A DNA stretch of 59,931 nucleotides, taken from NCBI GenBank assembly GCA_031376265.1, contig JANMDK010000020.1, positions 1 to 59,931 on the forward strand. Direction: 5' to 3'. Below, one piece after another: positions 35,306-45,475 of this stretch (positions within the stretch are counted from its first letter, which is position 1; every line of letters begins with the position of its first letter). The notes below the pieces were generated by a model. The model saw only the letters and a list, made by a program, of their open reading frames with translations, was not told the origin of the DNA and made no database searches. The position numbers were made by a program, and so were the translations under genes. This stretch comes from Pseudomonadota bacterium. GTDB lineage: Bacteria; Pseudomonadota; Gammaproteobacteria; Burkholderiales; SG8-39.

Positions 35306-36649
35306 CTAACGCCGCCGGGCCAGCGCCAGCGGGATGAGGCCAAGGCAGATCCCGCCAACGCCGATCGTCACCGTCGGCGCGTCCATGCCGCGCACCGCCA
35401 GCGCCGCAGCCCACCATAACGCAAGGGCGCTCGCCAACGGCCAGAGGACTGCGAACGCCATGAGCCCCGCGGAGCCCAGCGCCTCGCGGCGAAAATGCCA
35501 AGCGCACGCCATTGCGGTGAGGCCGTAATAGAACGCGATCTCCAGGCCGATCGCATTCACCGAGGCCTTGAGCAACGCGTCGATGCCGGGCAGCGCGAGG
35601 GAGGCCGCAAGCAGTGCGAGGCCAAGCCAGGTATTCAGCCAAGTCGCCGCGTGTGGCGTCTGCCAGCGCGGATGCACCGCCGCCCAGCGCGGCGGCAGGT
35701 CGCCCGCCCGGGACGCGGCGAACAGCGTTCGCGCAAACTGCAGCAGGGACACCTGCAGCGAGCCCAGGCTGCTGAGCATTACGGCCAGCACCGCGAGGTA
35801 GCTCCACGGGCGCGGCACCACTTTTTCGGCGAGCGCGAAGAGCACGTTCGCGCCGGAGGCTTCGATGCCCCCGGTTCCCAGTACAGAAAGCGTCACGACG
35901 GCGAACGCAACGAAGGCGAGGGCGACCACCAGCATCGCCATCACCGCCGCGACGCCGGGCGTGCGCCGCGATTCGCTCGTTTCCTCGCTGGCATTCAGCG
36001 TGACGTCCCAGCCCCAGAAGAAGAACACCGCGATCACCGCGCCGGCCGCGAACTGCTCCGCAGAAAAGGCCAACGGCGAGAAAGAGGTGTCCGAAACGAA
36101 GGCAGCCACCTGCCGACCGTTTTTCACGAGCGCTACGACCGCCAATCCCGCGAGCACCGCAATCTCGATCCCGGTTATCCATGCCTGCAGCGTTCCGGTG
36201 AGCCGCATGCCGCGCACTTCCACCAGCGTGATCGCCACGATCCAGCACGCAGCCACGCCGGTCACCAGCAGCTGGTCGCCGGCCAACTCCGGCGCGAGCA
36301 GCAACAGCGTCGCGGTGGCCGCTGGAATCGTCGCCGAGACCGTGAAGAGCACCGAAGTGACGAGCACCACCCAGCCGCAGAGAAAGCCCAAGTCGCGATG
36401 CAGCACCCGCCCGACCCACGCGTACGAGGCGCCGGCATCCGGATGCACGCGGTTGAGGTTCACGAACGCGCAGGTGATTCCGGCCATCACTAATCCGCAA
36501 TACAGCAGGATCGCCGGCGCCAATACGCCCGTGGCCGCCACCAGCGCGGCAGTCGAAACGGCGATGGTGTAGGAGGGCGCCGTCCCGGCGATGCCGATGG
36601 CGACGACGTGGACCAGCTTCAGCGCATCGCCGCGCAGCATCGGATTCAT
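35306..36649 (-). CDS. APC family permease
   Basis: GTAPSY, PDAGASYAW, FWGWD...SEE, ARTLFA...G.LP, QTPH. Confidence 0.88.
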   Translation of the reverse strand: MNPMLRGDALKLVHVVAIGIAGTAPSYTIAVSTAALVAATGVLAPAILLYCGLVMAGITCAFVNLNRVHPDAGASYAWVGRVLHRDLGFLCGWVVLVTSVLFTVSATIPAATATLLLLAPELAGDQLLVTGVAACWIVAITLVEVRGMRLTGTLQAWITGIEIAVLAGLAVVALVKNGRQVAAFVSDTSFSPLAFSAEQFAAGAVIAVFFFWGWDVTLNASEETSESRRTPGVAAVMAMLVVALAFVAFAVVTLSVLGTGGIEASGANVLFALAEKVVPRPWSYLAVLAVMLSSLGSLQVSLLQFARTLFAASRAGDLPPRWAAVHPRWQTPHAATWLNTWLGLALLAASLALPGIDALLKASVNAIGLEIAFYYGLTAMACAWHFRREALGSAGLMAFAVLWPLASALALWWAAALAVRGMDAPTVTIGVGGICLGLIPLALARRR

Positions 36650-36676
36650 GGGGGCGACGGCAGGGCGGCCGGGTCG

Positions 36677-36720
36677 TTGACTGCAGCGCTTAAAAAATGT
36701 ACGATTAATTTGTACAAATT
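36677..36720 (+). promoter_or_regulatory. Promoter and operator of the vapBC-type operon
   Basis: TTGACT-N17-TACGAT; TGTACG-N7-TGTACA; palindrome AATTTGTACAAATT. Confidence 0.7.
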
Positions 36721-36740
36721 AATGCCAAACGGGAGTCGTC

Positions 36741-36986
36741 ATGGCGAAGCCTTCCATCACCGAGGTGAGCGTGAGCGAATTGCGCCAGAATCTTCCGGCC
36801 TACCTTGCGCAAGTCGGCAAGGGACGGGAGATCGAGGTGACGTCCCACGGCAGGATCATTGCACGCATCGTTGCTGGCGGAAATCCCGGGCAGGAGGCGC
36901 GCGAGCGCCTCCTGGCGGCTCGGGCGCGCTGCAAAGTCGGTGATGTCCTGAGTCCTTCCGGAGACCGCTGGGACGCAGAGGATTGA
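36741..36986 (+). CDS. Phd/YefM family antitoxin
   Basis: VSVSELRQNLPAYL...GREIEVTSHGRIIARI. Confidence 0.88.
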   Translation: MAKPSITEVSVSELRQNLPAYLAQVGKGREIEVTSHGRIIARIVAGGNPGQEARERLLAARARCKVGDVLSPSGDRWDAED

Positions 36987-37375
36987 TCGTCCTCGACACC
37001 CATATTCTTGTCTACGACGCACTTTCGCCGTCTAAACTTTCGGCGCGCGCACGCAAGGCAATCGAATCGGCTTTCGCGGACCGGACGCTCGCCTGCAGTG
37101 ACATCAGCCTTTGGGAAATCGCCATGCTGATCTCGCGCCGGCGACTGGACACCGGGATGGACGCGCGCGAATTCATCGACGACTTGATCCGGGCACGGGA
37201 GATTCGAGTCTTGCCGATCTCTGCCGAGATAGCGGCTTTGTCCCAGTCCGACGTTTTTGCTCATGGAGACCCGGCGGATCGTCTCATCGCCGCCACAGCC
37301 ATTCTTCATCGGGCCACGCTCGTGAGCTCGGATGCGAAGCTCCGCAAGCTCAAGGAAGTCGCCGTCATTTGGTAA
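36983..37375 (+). CDS. vapC: VapC family PIN-domain toxin
   Basis: IVLDTH, SLWEI, HGDPADRLIAATA, LVSSD. Confidence 0.9.
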   Translation: MIVLDTHILVYDALSPSKLSARARKAIESAFADRTLACSDISLWEIAMLISRRRLDTGMDAREFIDDLIRAREIRVLPISAEIAALSQSDVFAHGDPADRLIAATAILHRATLVSSDAKLRKLKEVAVIW

Positions 37376-37378
37376 CTA

Positions 37379-38071
37379 TTACGGCAGCGGGAGGTGCTTC
37401 GCCAGCATTTCCCTCGTCCGGCGCCAGGCGTCCGCAGTTGTGCTTGGCTGGTACGCATTGCCCCACATGTTGAAGCCGTGGCCGGCGCCGCGATAGCTTA
37501 CAAGCTCCAGCGGCACCTGCTTCGCCTTGGCGGCGGCGTCCAGTTCGCGCATGTGTTCGATCAGGCAGCAGTTGTTGAAGCGATCGGCTTCGCCGGCGAG
37601 CACCAATACCGGGACCTTGATGCGCGCTGCGAGGCCGGGCAGGTTGCCTGACGCAAAGCTGATCGCCGGGTAATAGGCGACGGCGCCGCTCACCAGTTCG
37701 GGCATCACCACCGCGTGCGCCAGCGCGCCGCCACCGCCCTGCGAAAAGCCCACGACAAACACCTTGCCCGGCAGCGCGTTTGGCGTCGCCTGCGCGTTCG
37801 CGATGACCTGGCGCAGGTTCCACTCGCCATCCACGACGCGCGAAAGGATCGCGTTACCGTCGACGAGCACTGCGTAATAGCCAAGCTCGGCGACGTCGGT
37901 GCCGTAGTAGCGATAGTTCGTCGTGCCCGAGGCGCCGGAGAGCAGCACGACGACCGGCGCGGGCTTGCCGGATTTTGGCGGGAAGTGCTCGAGCGGCGGG
38001 CCGTAGGGCTGGGCCTGCGCGACGGACACTGTCAGCGCCGTCAGCAGCACGAGCGCCGCGAGGAATTTCAC
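37379..38071 (-). CDS. Dienelactone hydrolase family protein (secreted)
   Basis: GTG start, signal peptide, GFSQGG, LAGEAD, GAGHGF. Confidence 0.82.
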   Translation of the reverse strand: MKFLAALVLLTALTVSVAQAQPYGPPLEHFPPKSGKPAPVVVLLSGASGTTNYRYYGTDVAELGYYAVLVDGNAILSRVVDGEWNLRQVIANAQATPNALPGKVFVVGFSQGGGGALAHAVVMPELVSGAVAYYPAISFASGNLPGLAARIKVPVLVLAGEADRFNNCCLIEHMRELDAAAKAKQVPLELVSYRGAGHGFNMWGNAYQPSTTADAWRRTREMLAKHLPLP

Positions 38072-39480
38072 AAGACCTTCCCCGGATTCATGATCCCCTG
38101 AGGGTCGAGCGCGTCCTTCACCTTTTGCATGAGCTCCATCTCGACCGGCGACTTCCGTGACTTGATCGCCTCGCGCTTCTGCTGGCCGACGCCGTGCTCG
38201 GCCGAAATAGATCCGCCGAGTTTGCCGACCACCGCGTAGACGATCTCGTTGACTTCCTTCTTCCGGTCCATGAGCGCCAGCGTGCCGGCTTCGTCGGGCA
38301 TCGCGATGTTGTAGTGCAGGTTGCCGTCGCCGATGTGGCCGAAGATCAGGCCCACGCACCCCGGGAAGGCCTTGGCGAGGTCGGCAAGGCCTTCGTCGAC
38401 CATGCGCGGGATGCTCGACACCGGCACCGAGACGTCGTGCTTCACGTTGGTGAATTGCGCCTCGGGAATCGTCTCGCGGATCTGCCAGAGCGCCTTGGCC
38501 TGGCCTTCGCTCTGCGCGAGTGCCACATCGGCGAGGATGCCGCGCTCGGTGCATTCGATGAACGCAGTTTCAGCACGCGAGGCGAGGTCTTCCTGCCGGC
38601 CGCCGTCGCTGAGTTCGGCGAGCACGTACCACGGGTGCCTTTCGCGCAACGGATCCATGATCGACGGCTTGCACTGGATGACCGCGTCGAGGCAGACGCG
38701 CGAAATCAGCTCGAACGCGGTGAGGCGGTCGCCCATGAGGTTGCGAAGCGCGGCTAACAGCTCGACCGCTTTTTGCGGGTTCTCGACCGCGATCCACGCG
38801 GTGGCGCTCGCCGAAGGCTTGGGAAAGAGCTTCAGCACCGCGGCCGTGATGATGCCCAGCGTTCCCTCCGCCCCCATGAAGAGGTGCTTGAGGTCGTAGC
38901 CGGTGTTGTCCTTGCGCAGCGCCTTCAGGCCCTCCCAGATGCGGCCGTCCGGCAGCACCACTTCGAGCCCGAGCACGAGATCGCGCGCGTTGCCGTAGCG
39001 AAGCACGCCGACGCCGCCGGCATTGGTGGAGAGATTCCCGCCGATCTGGCAGCTGCCTTCCGCGGCCAGCGAGAGCGGAAACAGCCTTCCCGCGTCATCC
39101 GCCGCCTGCTGCAGGTTCTGCAGGATGCAACCGGCTTCGACCGTCATCGCGTCGTTCAGAACGTCGAGGCTGCGGATCCTGTTCATGCGCGAAACCGAAA
39201 GCACGATCTCCCGGCGCTTGCCGGTGGGGATCGATCCGCCGACGAGACCCGTGTTCCCCGCCTGCGGCACGATGGCGATGCCCTCGGACGCGCAGAGCGC
39301 AACCACATCGGCCACTTCCTGCGTGTTGCCCGGACGCACCACGGCAATGCCTGTTCCCGCAAACACGTGGCGCCAATCGGTGTAGTACGGCGCGACGTCC
39401 TCCTTTGCGGTGAGGACGTATTGCGGGCCGACGATCGAGGCGAGTCGGGAGGGGAAGTCGGGCTGCGGGACGGAGGCCAT
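38068..39480 (-). CDS. FAD-linked oxidase (D-2-hydroxyacid dehydrogenase-like)
   Basis: GNTGLVGG, GGNLSTNAGG, KDNTGYDL, GHIGDGNLH, SAEHGVG, DPQGIMNPGK. Confidence 0.9.
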   Translation of the reverse strand: MASVPQPDFPSRLASIVGPQYVLTAKEDVAPYYTDWRHVFAGTGIAVVRPGNTQEVADVVALCASEGIAIVPQAGNTGLVGGSIPTGKRREIVLSVSRMNRIRSLDVLNDAMTVEAGCILQNLQQAADDAGRLFPLSLAAEGSCQIGGNLSTNAGGVGVLRYGNARDLVLGLEVVLPDGRIWEGLKALRKDNTGYDLKHLFMGAEGTLGIITAAVLKLFPKPSASATAWIAVENPQKAVELLAALRNLMGDRLTAFELISRVCLDAVIQCKPSIMDPLRERHPWYVLAELSDGGRQEDLASRAETAFIECTERGILADVALAQSEGQAKALWQIRETIPEAQFTNVKHDVSVPVSSIPRMVDEGLADLAKAFPGCVGLIFGHIGDGNLHYNIAMPDEAGTLALMDRKKEVNEIVYAVVGKLGGSISAEHGVGQQKREAIKSRKSPVEMELMQKVKDALDPQGIMNPGKVL

Positions 39481-39535
39481 CCGGTATTATCTCAAACGAC
39501 CGCCACGAGTTTCAGTTTCCCCCGGAGCCACCGCC

Positions 39536-40267
39536 TTGACCGATCCTTCCCACGGAGCCCTTCCCTTTGCCGCCGGCGCGCGCGCCATTACGGTGGAGGA
39601 GGCGCTGCTCTCCCGCCGCAGCGTGCGCGCCTTCCGCCCCGATCCGGTCGCGCGCGGCACGGTGGCCGAGATCCTCGCCCTGGCGAGCCGCGCGCCGTCG
39701 GGCACCAACATCCAGCCGTGGAAAGTCCGCGTGCTTGCCGGTGCGGAGCGCGACCGGCTCTCCAAGGCCATGGTCGCCGCTTACTTGTCCAAGGGCGAGG
39801 AAAGCTTCAAGTACCCGTACAACTATTACCCGGTGAAGTGGCGCGATCCCTACCTCGCGCGACGCCGCAAGGTCGGCTGGGACCTGTACGGGCTGCTGGG
39901 CCTCACCCGCGACAACAAGGAAGGCATGGCCAAGCAACATTCGCGCAACTTCGAGTTCTTCGGCGCCCCGGTCGAGATGATCTTCACGATCGACGCCGAC
40001 ATGGAGCTCGGCAGCTGGCTCGACTACGGCATGTTCCTCGAGAACATCATGATCGCGGCGCGCGGAAAGGGGCTCGATACCTGCCCGCAGGCGGCGATCG
40101 CTTCGGGGCACACGGTGGTGCGCGAGGTCCTCGCGATTCCCGAGTCCGAAAAGATCGTCTGCGGCATGTGCCTCGGTTATGCCGATCCCGATGCGATCGA
40201 GAACACCCTGGTCACCGTGCGCGAGCCGGTGGGCGAGTTCGCGCAGTTTCTGGGGTTCGACAAATGA
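39536..40267 (+). CDS. Nitroreductase family protein
   Basis: RRSVRAF, APSGTNIQPW, FFGAP, GLDTCPQ; start approximate (TTG 39536). Confidence 0.88.
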   Translation: MTDPSHGALPFAAGARAITVEEALLSRRSVRAFRPDPVARGTVAEILALASRAPSGTNIQPWKVRVLAGAERDRLSKAMVAAYLSKGEESFKYPYNYYPVKWRDPYLARRRKVGWDLYGLLGLTRDNKEGMAKQHSRNFEFFGAPVEMIFTIDADMELGSWLDYGMFLENIMIAARGKGLDTCPQAAIASGHTVVREVLAIPESEKIVCGMCLGYADPDAIENTLVTVREPVGEFAQFLGFDK

Positions 40268-41466
40268 TGCGCGCGGCGCAAGCGAAGCGCATTGTGTCGG
40301 CGCTCGCAGCGCTCGCCGCCGGCCTGGCGATTTCGCTGGGCGCTTCGGCGCAGGGCAAACCCGTGGTCATCGGCGTCGCGAATGCGCAGACCGGTTTCCT
40401 TTCCGACCTGGCCGTCGGAACGCAGAAAGGGCTCGAACTCTGGGTGGAGCAGGTCAATGCGGCCGGCGGGCTGCTCGGCCGGCCGGTGGAGCTCAAGATC
40501 GTCGACGACGGCAGCGACGCGACGCGCTCCACCGAGCTCTACGAGAAGCTCATCAAGGAAGACACGGCCGACCTCCTCATCGGTTCGTTCGGATCGGCCG
40601 CGACCTCGATGGCCGCCGCGGTGGCCGAGCGCAACCGGCGCGTGATGATCAATGCGAGCGGGCCCTCCGCCGAGATCCACCGGCGCGTCTACCGCTACCT
40701 TTTCCAGGTGCCGCCGCCTTCCGACAAGACGCTGGCCGGTGTGTTGCCGATCGCGGAGAAATTCGGCCTCAAGACGGTCACGGTCACCGCGCGCGACGAC
40801 GGCCAGGCCGCGCCGCTCCTCGAGCAGCTTCGGCGCGACGCTGTGAAGCGCACCGTGGAGATCCGCCCGCCGATGCCTTTCCAGCCGGACCCGGTATTGG
40901 CATTGGTCCCGTTCGCCAAGCGCCTCGCGTCGTCCAATCCGGATGTGATCGTGAGCCCGGCTACCGCGCATGACGCAGCCGACTTGCTGCGCGGCCTCAA
41001 GGCGGCCGGATACACGCCGCGGCTCTTCGTCGCCGGCGGCGTGATCCAGCCGGATTACATCCGCCTCGTCGGGCAGGACGCGGAGTATTCGGTGGGCTAC
41101 TCATCCTATGAGCCGCGCGCAAAGACGCCGGGCAATGCCGAATTCGTGCGCGCTTATCGCGCCAAATACAGCCGCGTGCCGGATTTCCATGCCGCCAGCG
41201 CCTGGGCCGCCGGAAAGGTCATCGAAGCGGCGGTCGCAAAAGCTGGCACGCTGGACCAGGAAAACCTGCGCGCCGCATTCGCCGCCGTCGAGCTGCACAC
41301 GGTGCTCGGCGGCTACAAGGTGGCAGCCGACGGCAGCCAGCTCGCGGCCACCGCTTTCCTCGTGCAGATCCTCAAGGGCCGGCGCGAGGTAATCTGGCCC
41401 GAGGCCTATCGCAGCGCCGAGCCGGTGCTCCCGGCGCCTGACTGGAATCGGCGCAAGCCGTTGTGA
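40264..41466 (+). CDS. ABC transporter substrate-binding protein (branched-chain amino acid/LivJ-like)
   Basis: Signal peptide, VNAAGGLLGRPVEL..VDD. Confidence 0.82.
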   Translation: MMRAAQAKRIVSALAALAAGLAISLGASAQGKPVVIGVANAQTGFLSDLAVGTQKGLELWVEQVNAAGGLLGRPVELKIVDDGSDATRSTELYEKLIKEDTADLLIGSFGSAATSMAAAVAERNRRVMINASGPSAEIHRRVYRYLFQVPPPSDKTLAGVLPIAEKFGLKTVTVTARDDGQAAPLLEQLRRDAVKRTVEIRPPMPFQPDPVLALVPFAKRLASSNPDVIVSPATAHDAADLLRGLKAAGYTPRLFVAGGVIQPDYIRLVGQDAEYSVGYSSYEPRAKTPGNAEFVRAYRAKYSRVPDFHAASAWAAGKVIEAAVAKAGTLDQENLRAAFAAVELHTVLGGYKVAADGSQLAATAFLVQILKGRREVIWPEAYRSAEPVLPAPDWNRRKPL

Positions 41467-44237
41467 GCCGGCCCGCGGCGGGGAACGGCAAGGACCAGCC
41501 CCTCTCGGAGGACATCCGGCTGCTGGGGCGCATGCTGGGCGACACGCTGCGCGAGCAGGAAAGCGAGGCCGCCTTCGAGCTGGTCGAGCGCATTCGCCGC
41601 ATCGCCGTCGAATTTCACCGGGGCGGCGACCCGCGCGCCGGCACTTCGCTAGCGTCGACGTTGCGGGCGCTCGACCCCGATGCAGTCATGACGGTGGTGC
41701 GCGCGTTCACGCAGTTCTCCCAGCTCGCCAACATCGCGGAGGACCGCCACCACATCCGCCGCCGCCGGGCGCACCGCCTTGCCGGCTCGAAGCCGCAGAA
41801 CGGCTCGATGGCCCTGGCGGCGCAGCGAGCGGCCGCCAGCGGCGTGACGGCGGCGGACGTTTCCGAGTTCCTCGTCCATGGCCTCGTGATGCCGGTGTTG
41901 ACCGCGCACCCGACCGAAGTGCAGCGAAAGAGCATCCTCGACTCGCACATCGAGATCGCGCGCCTGCTCGACGTGCGCGACCGCTCGCGCCTGACGCCCG
42001 AGGAAGCCGTGCAGGGCGAGGAGGCCTTGCGCCGCGTGATCCTGATCCTCTGGCAGACGCGCATGCTGCGCGCCGCGCGGCTCACGGTGCAGGACGAGAT
42101 CGACAACGCGCTTTCGTTCTACAGCTACACCTTCCTCGCCGCGATCCCGCGCCTCATCGAGGAGATCGACGCGGAGCTGCACGCGCATTACAAGCGCCGC
42201 CTGCCGCCGCCGCAGATGCTGCGCATGGGCAGCTGGATCGGCGGCGACCGCGACGGCAATCCTTTCGTGTCGCACGAGACGCTCGCATACGCGGTCGAGA
42301 CGCAATCGGCGATCGCGCTTTCGCATTACCTCGAGGAAGTCCACAAGCTCGGGCGCGAATTGAGCCTCTCGCTGCAGCGCGTGGACATATCGCCGACGTT
42401 GAAGCGCCTCGCCGATTCCGCAGGCGACGGGTCCGACCAGCGGCGCGACGAGCCCTATCGGCGCGCGATGACCGGCATCTATGCGCGGCTCGCGGCCACC
42501 CGCACCGCGCTCGGCCAGCCCGAGGCCGCGCGCAAGCCGACGGTCCGCGCGCTTGCCTACGCGACGAGCGAGGAATTTCTCGCGGAGCTGGACACGATCA
42601 TCGACTCGCTGCGCCTGCACGGCAGCGCGCGCGTCGTGTACGGGCGCCTCGTGCGCCTGCGCCACGCGGCGCAGGTGTTCGGCTTCCATCTCGCCTCGGT
42701 CGACCTGCGCCAGCACAGCGGCATCCACGAAACCGTCATGGCCGAGCTGGCGGAGCGCTCGGGCGCGGTCTCAGGCTATGCGCAGCTCGACGAGGAGGCG
42801 AAGATCGCCTTCCTCTTAGCGGAGCTTGGCAATGCGCGCCTGCTGCGTTCGCCGTTCGTTAAATATGGCGAGCTCGCAGCCAAGGAGCTCGCGATCTTCG
42901 ACGCCGCACAGGCGATGCAGGCCCGCTTCGGTAAGGTGGCGCTGCCGACCTACATCATCTCGAACACCAATTCGGTCAGCGACGTGCTGGAGGCGGCCGT
43001 GCTGCTTCGCGAAGCCGGCTTGCTGCGGCCTGCATCGCCGCCGCAGCTCGACCTGAACATCGCGCCGCTCTTCGAGACGATCGACGACCTGCGCCGCGCG
43101 GGGCAGATGATGGACCGGCTGTTGAGCCTGCCGGCCTATCGCGCGCTGGTGAAGGCGCGCGGCAACCAGCACGAGGTCATGCTCGGTTATTCGGATAGCA
43201 ACAAGGACGGCGGTTACGTCACCTCGAACTGGGAGCTCTATCGCGCGACGCTGGACCTCGTTGAGGTGTGCGAGAAGCACGGCGTAAAGCTGCGCCTTTT
43301 CCATGGCCGCGGCGGCACGGTGGGCCGCGGCGGCGGGCCGAGCTACGACGCGATCCTTGCGCAGCCTGCCGGCAGCGTGAACGGACAGATCCGCATCACC
43401 GAGCAGGGCGAAGTCATCGCCAGCAAGTATTCGGACCCGGAGATCGGCCAGCGAAACCTGGAGACGCTCGTGGCCGCCACGTTCGAGGCCTCGCTCTTGC
43501 GGCCGGCGAAAGGCGCGGCCCGGGCGGCGCGCGAGCGTCCCGAATGGCGCGCCGCGATGGAGGAGATCAGCGAGAGTTCCTTCAAGGCCTATCGCGCGCT
43601 TGTCTACGACACCCCTGGCTTCGTGGAGTTCTTCCGCGACGTGACGCCCATAGGCGAGATCGCCGAGCTCAACATCGGCAGCCGGCCTGCGGCGAGGAAA
43701 GCCTCGGATCGCATCGAGGACCTGCGCGCGATTCCGTGGGTGTTCAGCTGGTCGCTGGCGCGCATCATGCTGCCGGGCTGGTACGGATTCGGCACTGCGC
43801 TGGATAAATTCGTCGCGAAAAACAAGACGGCGAACCTCAAGCTCCTGCGCGAGATGCACGCCGGCTGGCCTTTCTTCCGCGTCATGCTGGCCAACATGGA
43901 CATGCTGCTCGCCAAGACCGACCTCGGCATTGCCTCGCGCTATGCGCGCCTGGCGCGCGACCAGAAGCGCGCCACCGCGCTCCTCAAAAGGATCGAGGAC
44001 GAGCAGTCCCTTTCAATGCGCCACCTGTTTGCGATCGAGCAGGCCAAGGCGCTGCTGGCCGGCAACCCGACGCTGGCGCGCTCGATCCGCAACCGGCGGC
44101 CTTACATCGACCCGCTGAACCACCTGCAGATCGAGCTGCTGCGCCGGTTGCGCGCCGGCGACACCGACGACCGCGTGAAGCGCGCGCTGCTGATCACCAT
44201 CAACGGCATCGCCGCCGGCCTGCGCAACAGTGGCTGA
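41463..44237 (+). CDS. ppc: Phosphoenolpyruvate carboxylase
   Basis: VLTAHPTE, WIGGDRDGNP, MLGYSDSNKDGG, FHGRGGTVGRGGGP, LRAIPW, GLRNSG. Confidence 0.97.
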   Translation: MSRPAAGNGKDQPLSEDIRLLGRMLGDTLREQESEAAFELVERIRRIAVEFHRGGDPRAGTSLASTLRALDPDAVMTVVRAFTQFSQLANIAEDRHHIRRRRAHRLAGSKPQNGSMALAAQRAAASGVTAADVSEFLVHGLVMPVLTAHPTEVQRKSILDSHIEIARLLDVRDRSRLTPEEAVQGEEALRRVILILWQTRMLRAARLTVQDEIDNALSFYSYTFLAAIPRLIEEIDAELHAHYKRRLPPPQMLRMGSWIGGDRDGNPFVSHETLAYAVETQSAIALSHYLEEVHKLGRELSLSLQRVDISPTLKRLADSAGDGSDQRRDEPYRRAMTGIYARLAATRTALGQPEAARKPTVRALAYATSEEFLAELDTIIDSLRLHGSARVVYGRLVRLRHAAQVFGFHLASVDLRQHSGIHETVMAELAERSGAVSGYAQLDEEAKIAFLLAELGNARLLRSPFVKYGELAAKELAIFDAAQAMQARFGKVALPTYIISNTNSVSDVLEAAVLLREAGLLRPASPPQLDLNIAPLFETIDDLRRAGQMMDRLLSLPAYRALVKARGNQHEVMLGYSDSNKDGGYVTSNWELYRATLDLVEVCEKHGVKLRLFHGRGGTVGRGGGPSYDAILAQPAGSVNGQIRITEQGEVIASKYSDPEIGQRNLETLVAATFEASLLRPAKGAARAARERPEWRAAMEEISESSFKAYRALVYDTPGFVEFFRDVTPIGEIAELNIGSRPAARKASDRIEDLRAIPWVFSWSLARIMLPGWYGFGTALDKFVAKNKTANLKLLREMHAGWPFFRVMLANMDMLLAKTDLGIASRYARLARDQKRATALLKRIEDEQSLSMRHLFAIEQAKALLAGNPTLARSIRNRRPYIDPLNHLQIELLRRLRAGDTDDRVKRALLITINGIAAGLRNSG

Positions 44238-45465
44238 GCAGGCGTTACCCGGGCCGGCTTCGGCGGGCGTGCGCGACCTCATTTTGCCGGTCGGGGTCAC
44301 GCTGCTGATCCAGACGCTGGTTGCTCTGGCGGTCTACAGCGCGCCGGTGATGGCGCCGGTCGCCGGGCCGCGCGACCTTGGCGTGCCGGCCGCATGGATC
44401 GGCTACTACATTGCGATCGTCTACCTCGGCAGCATGCTGGGCTCGGTCATGGCCGGCGGCATGGTCGCGCGCTACGGGCCGCTGCGCGTGAGCCAGGCAG
44501 GCTTGCTCTCGTGCCTCATCGGGCTCTCGCTGGCCGCATCGACGCCGTCGCTCTGTGTCGTGGCCCTCGGCGCGTTCTTCGTCGGGCTCGGCTACGGGCC
44601 GACCACGCCGGCGAGCTCGCAGATCCTGGTGCGCGCCACGCCACCCCGGCTGATCGCGGTGACGTTCTCGCTCAAGCAGACCGGCGTGCCGCTCGGCGGG
44701 GCCATCGCCGGCGCGCTGGTGCCGACGATGATCCTCGCCATCGGTTGGCGCTGGTCGGCGGTAGCGATTGGACTTGCCTGCGTTTTCTTCGCGCTGATGA
44801 TCCAGCCGACGCGCAAGCGCTACGACGTCGACCTCAACAAGACGGCGAAGATCTCGCTGCGCTCGGCGTTCGCGCCGCTGGGGCTGGTGTTCCGGGACCG
44901 GCGCCTGGGCGAGATGGCGATCGTCTCGTTCATTTTCGGCGGCGTGCAGATCACGTTGGTCGCCTACCTCGTGATCTTCCTCACCGAGGCTTTCCAGATG
45001 TCGCTGGTGCTCGCCGGCTTCGTGATGGCGGTCTCGCAGGTCGCGAGCGTGATCGGGCGCGTGCTGTGGGGCGTGGTCGCCGACCGGCTGCTGAGCCGGC
45101 GCGTGATGCTGGGCCTGCTGGGCCTTGGCATGGGGATTTCGGGCCTGGCGACGATGTTCGCGAGCCCGGCGTGGCCGCTGCCGCTGCTCTTTTTCTACGC
45201 CGCAGTCTTCGGCGCCACCGCCGTCGGCTGGAACGGCGTGTTCCTTGCGGAAGTCGCGCGCATCGCGCCGCCGGGTCAAACCAGCCAGTACACCGGCGGC
45301 TGCATGTTCTTCACCTTCTTCGGCGTCGTCGTGAGCCCGCCGCTCTTTTCGCAGGCGCTGTCCTTCGGCGGCAGCTACGCAGGCGCTTATGCGATCTTCA
45401 GCGCGCCGGCGCTCCTGGCCGGCCTCTGGATGCTGATGGTCCGCCGCAAGCCGCTGCCGGCATGA
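44230..45465 (+). CDS. MFS transporter
   Basis: About 12 TM segments; KQTGVPLGG, WGVVADR. Confidence 0.88.
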   Translation: MAEQALPGPASAGVRDLILPVGVTLLIQTLVALAVYSAPVMAPVAGPRDLGVPAAWIGYYIAIVYLGSMLGSVMAGGMVARYGPLRVSQAGLLSCLIGLSLAASTPSLCVVALGAFFVGLGYGPTTPASSQILVRATPPRLIAVTFSLKQTGVPLGGAIAGALVPTMILAIGWRWSAVAIGLACVFFALMIQPTRKRYDVDLNKTAKISLRSAFAPLGLVFRDRRLGEMAIVSFIFGGVQITLVAYLVIFLTEAFQMSLVLAGFVMAVSQVASVIGRVLWGVVADRLLSRRVMLGLLGLGMGISGLATMFASPAWPLPLLFFYAAVFGATAVGWNGVFLAEVARIAPPGQTSQYTGGCMFFTFFGVVVSPPLFSQALSFGGSYAGAYAIFSAPALLAGLWMLMVRRKPLPA

Positions 45466-45475
45466 CCCCGAAGTC

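Noticed and set aside
38773-40263. 897-aa ORF suggesting a large fusion protein
   Set aside because: Only the part from 40264 is protein-like (binding protein); the rest is an open shadow frame over the FAD oxidase and nitroreductase genes
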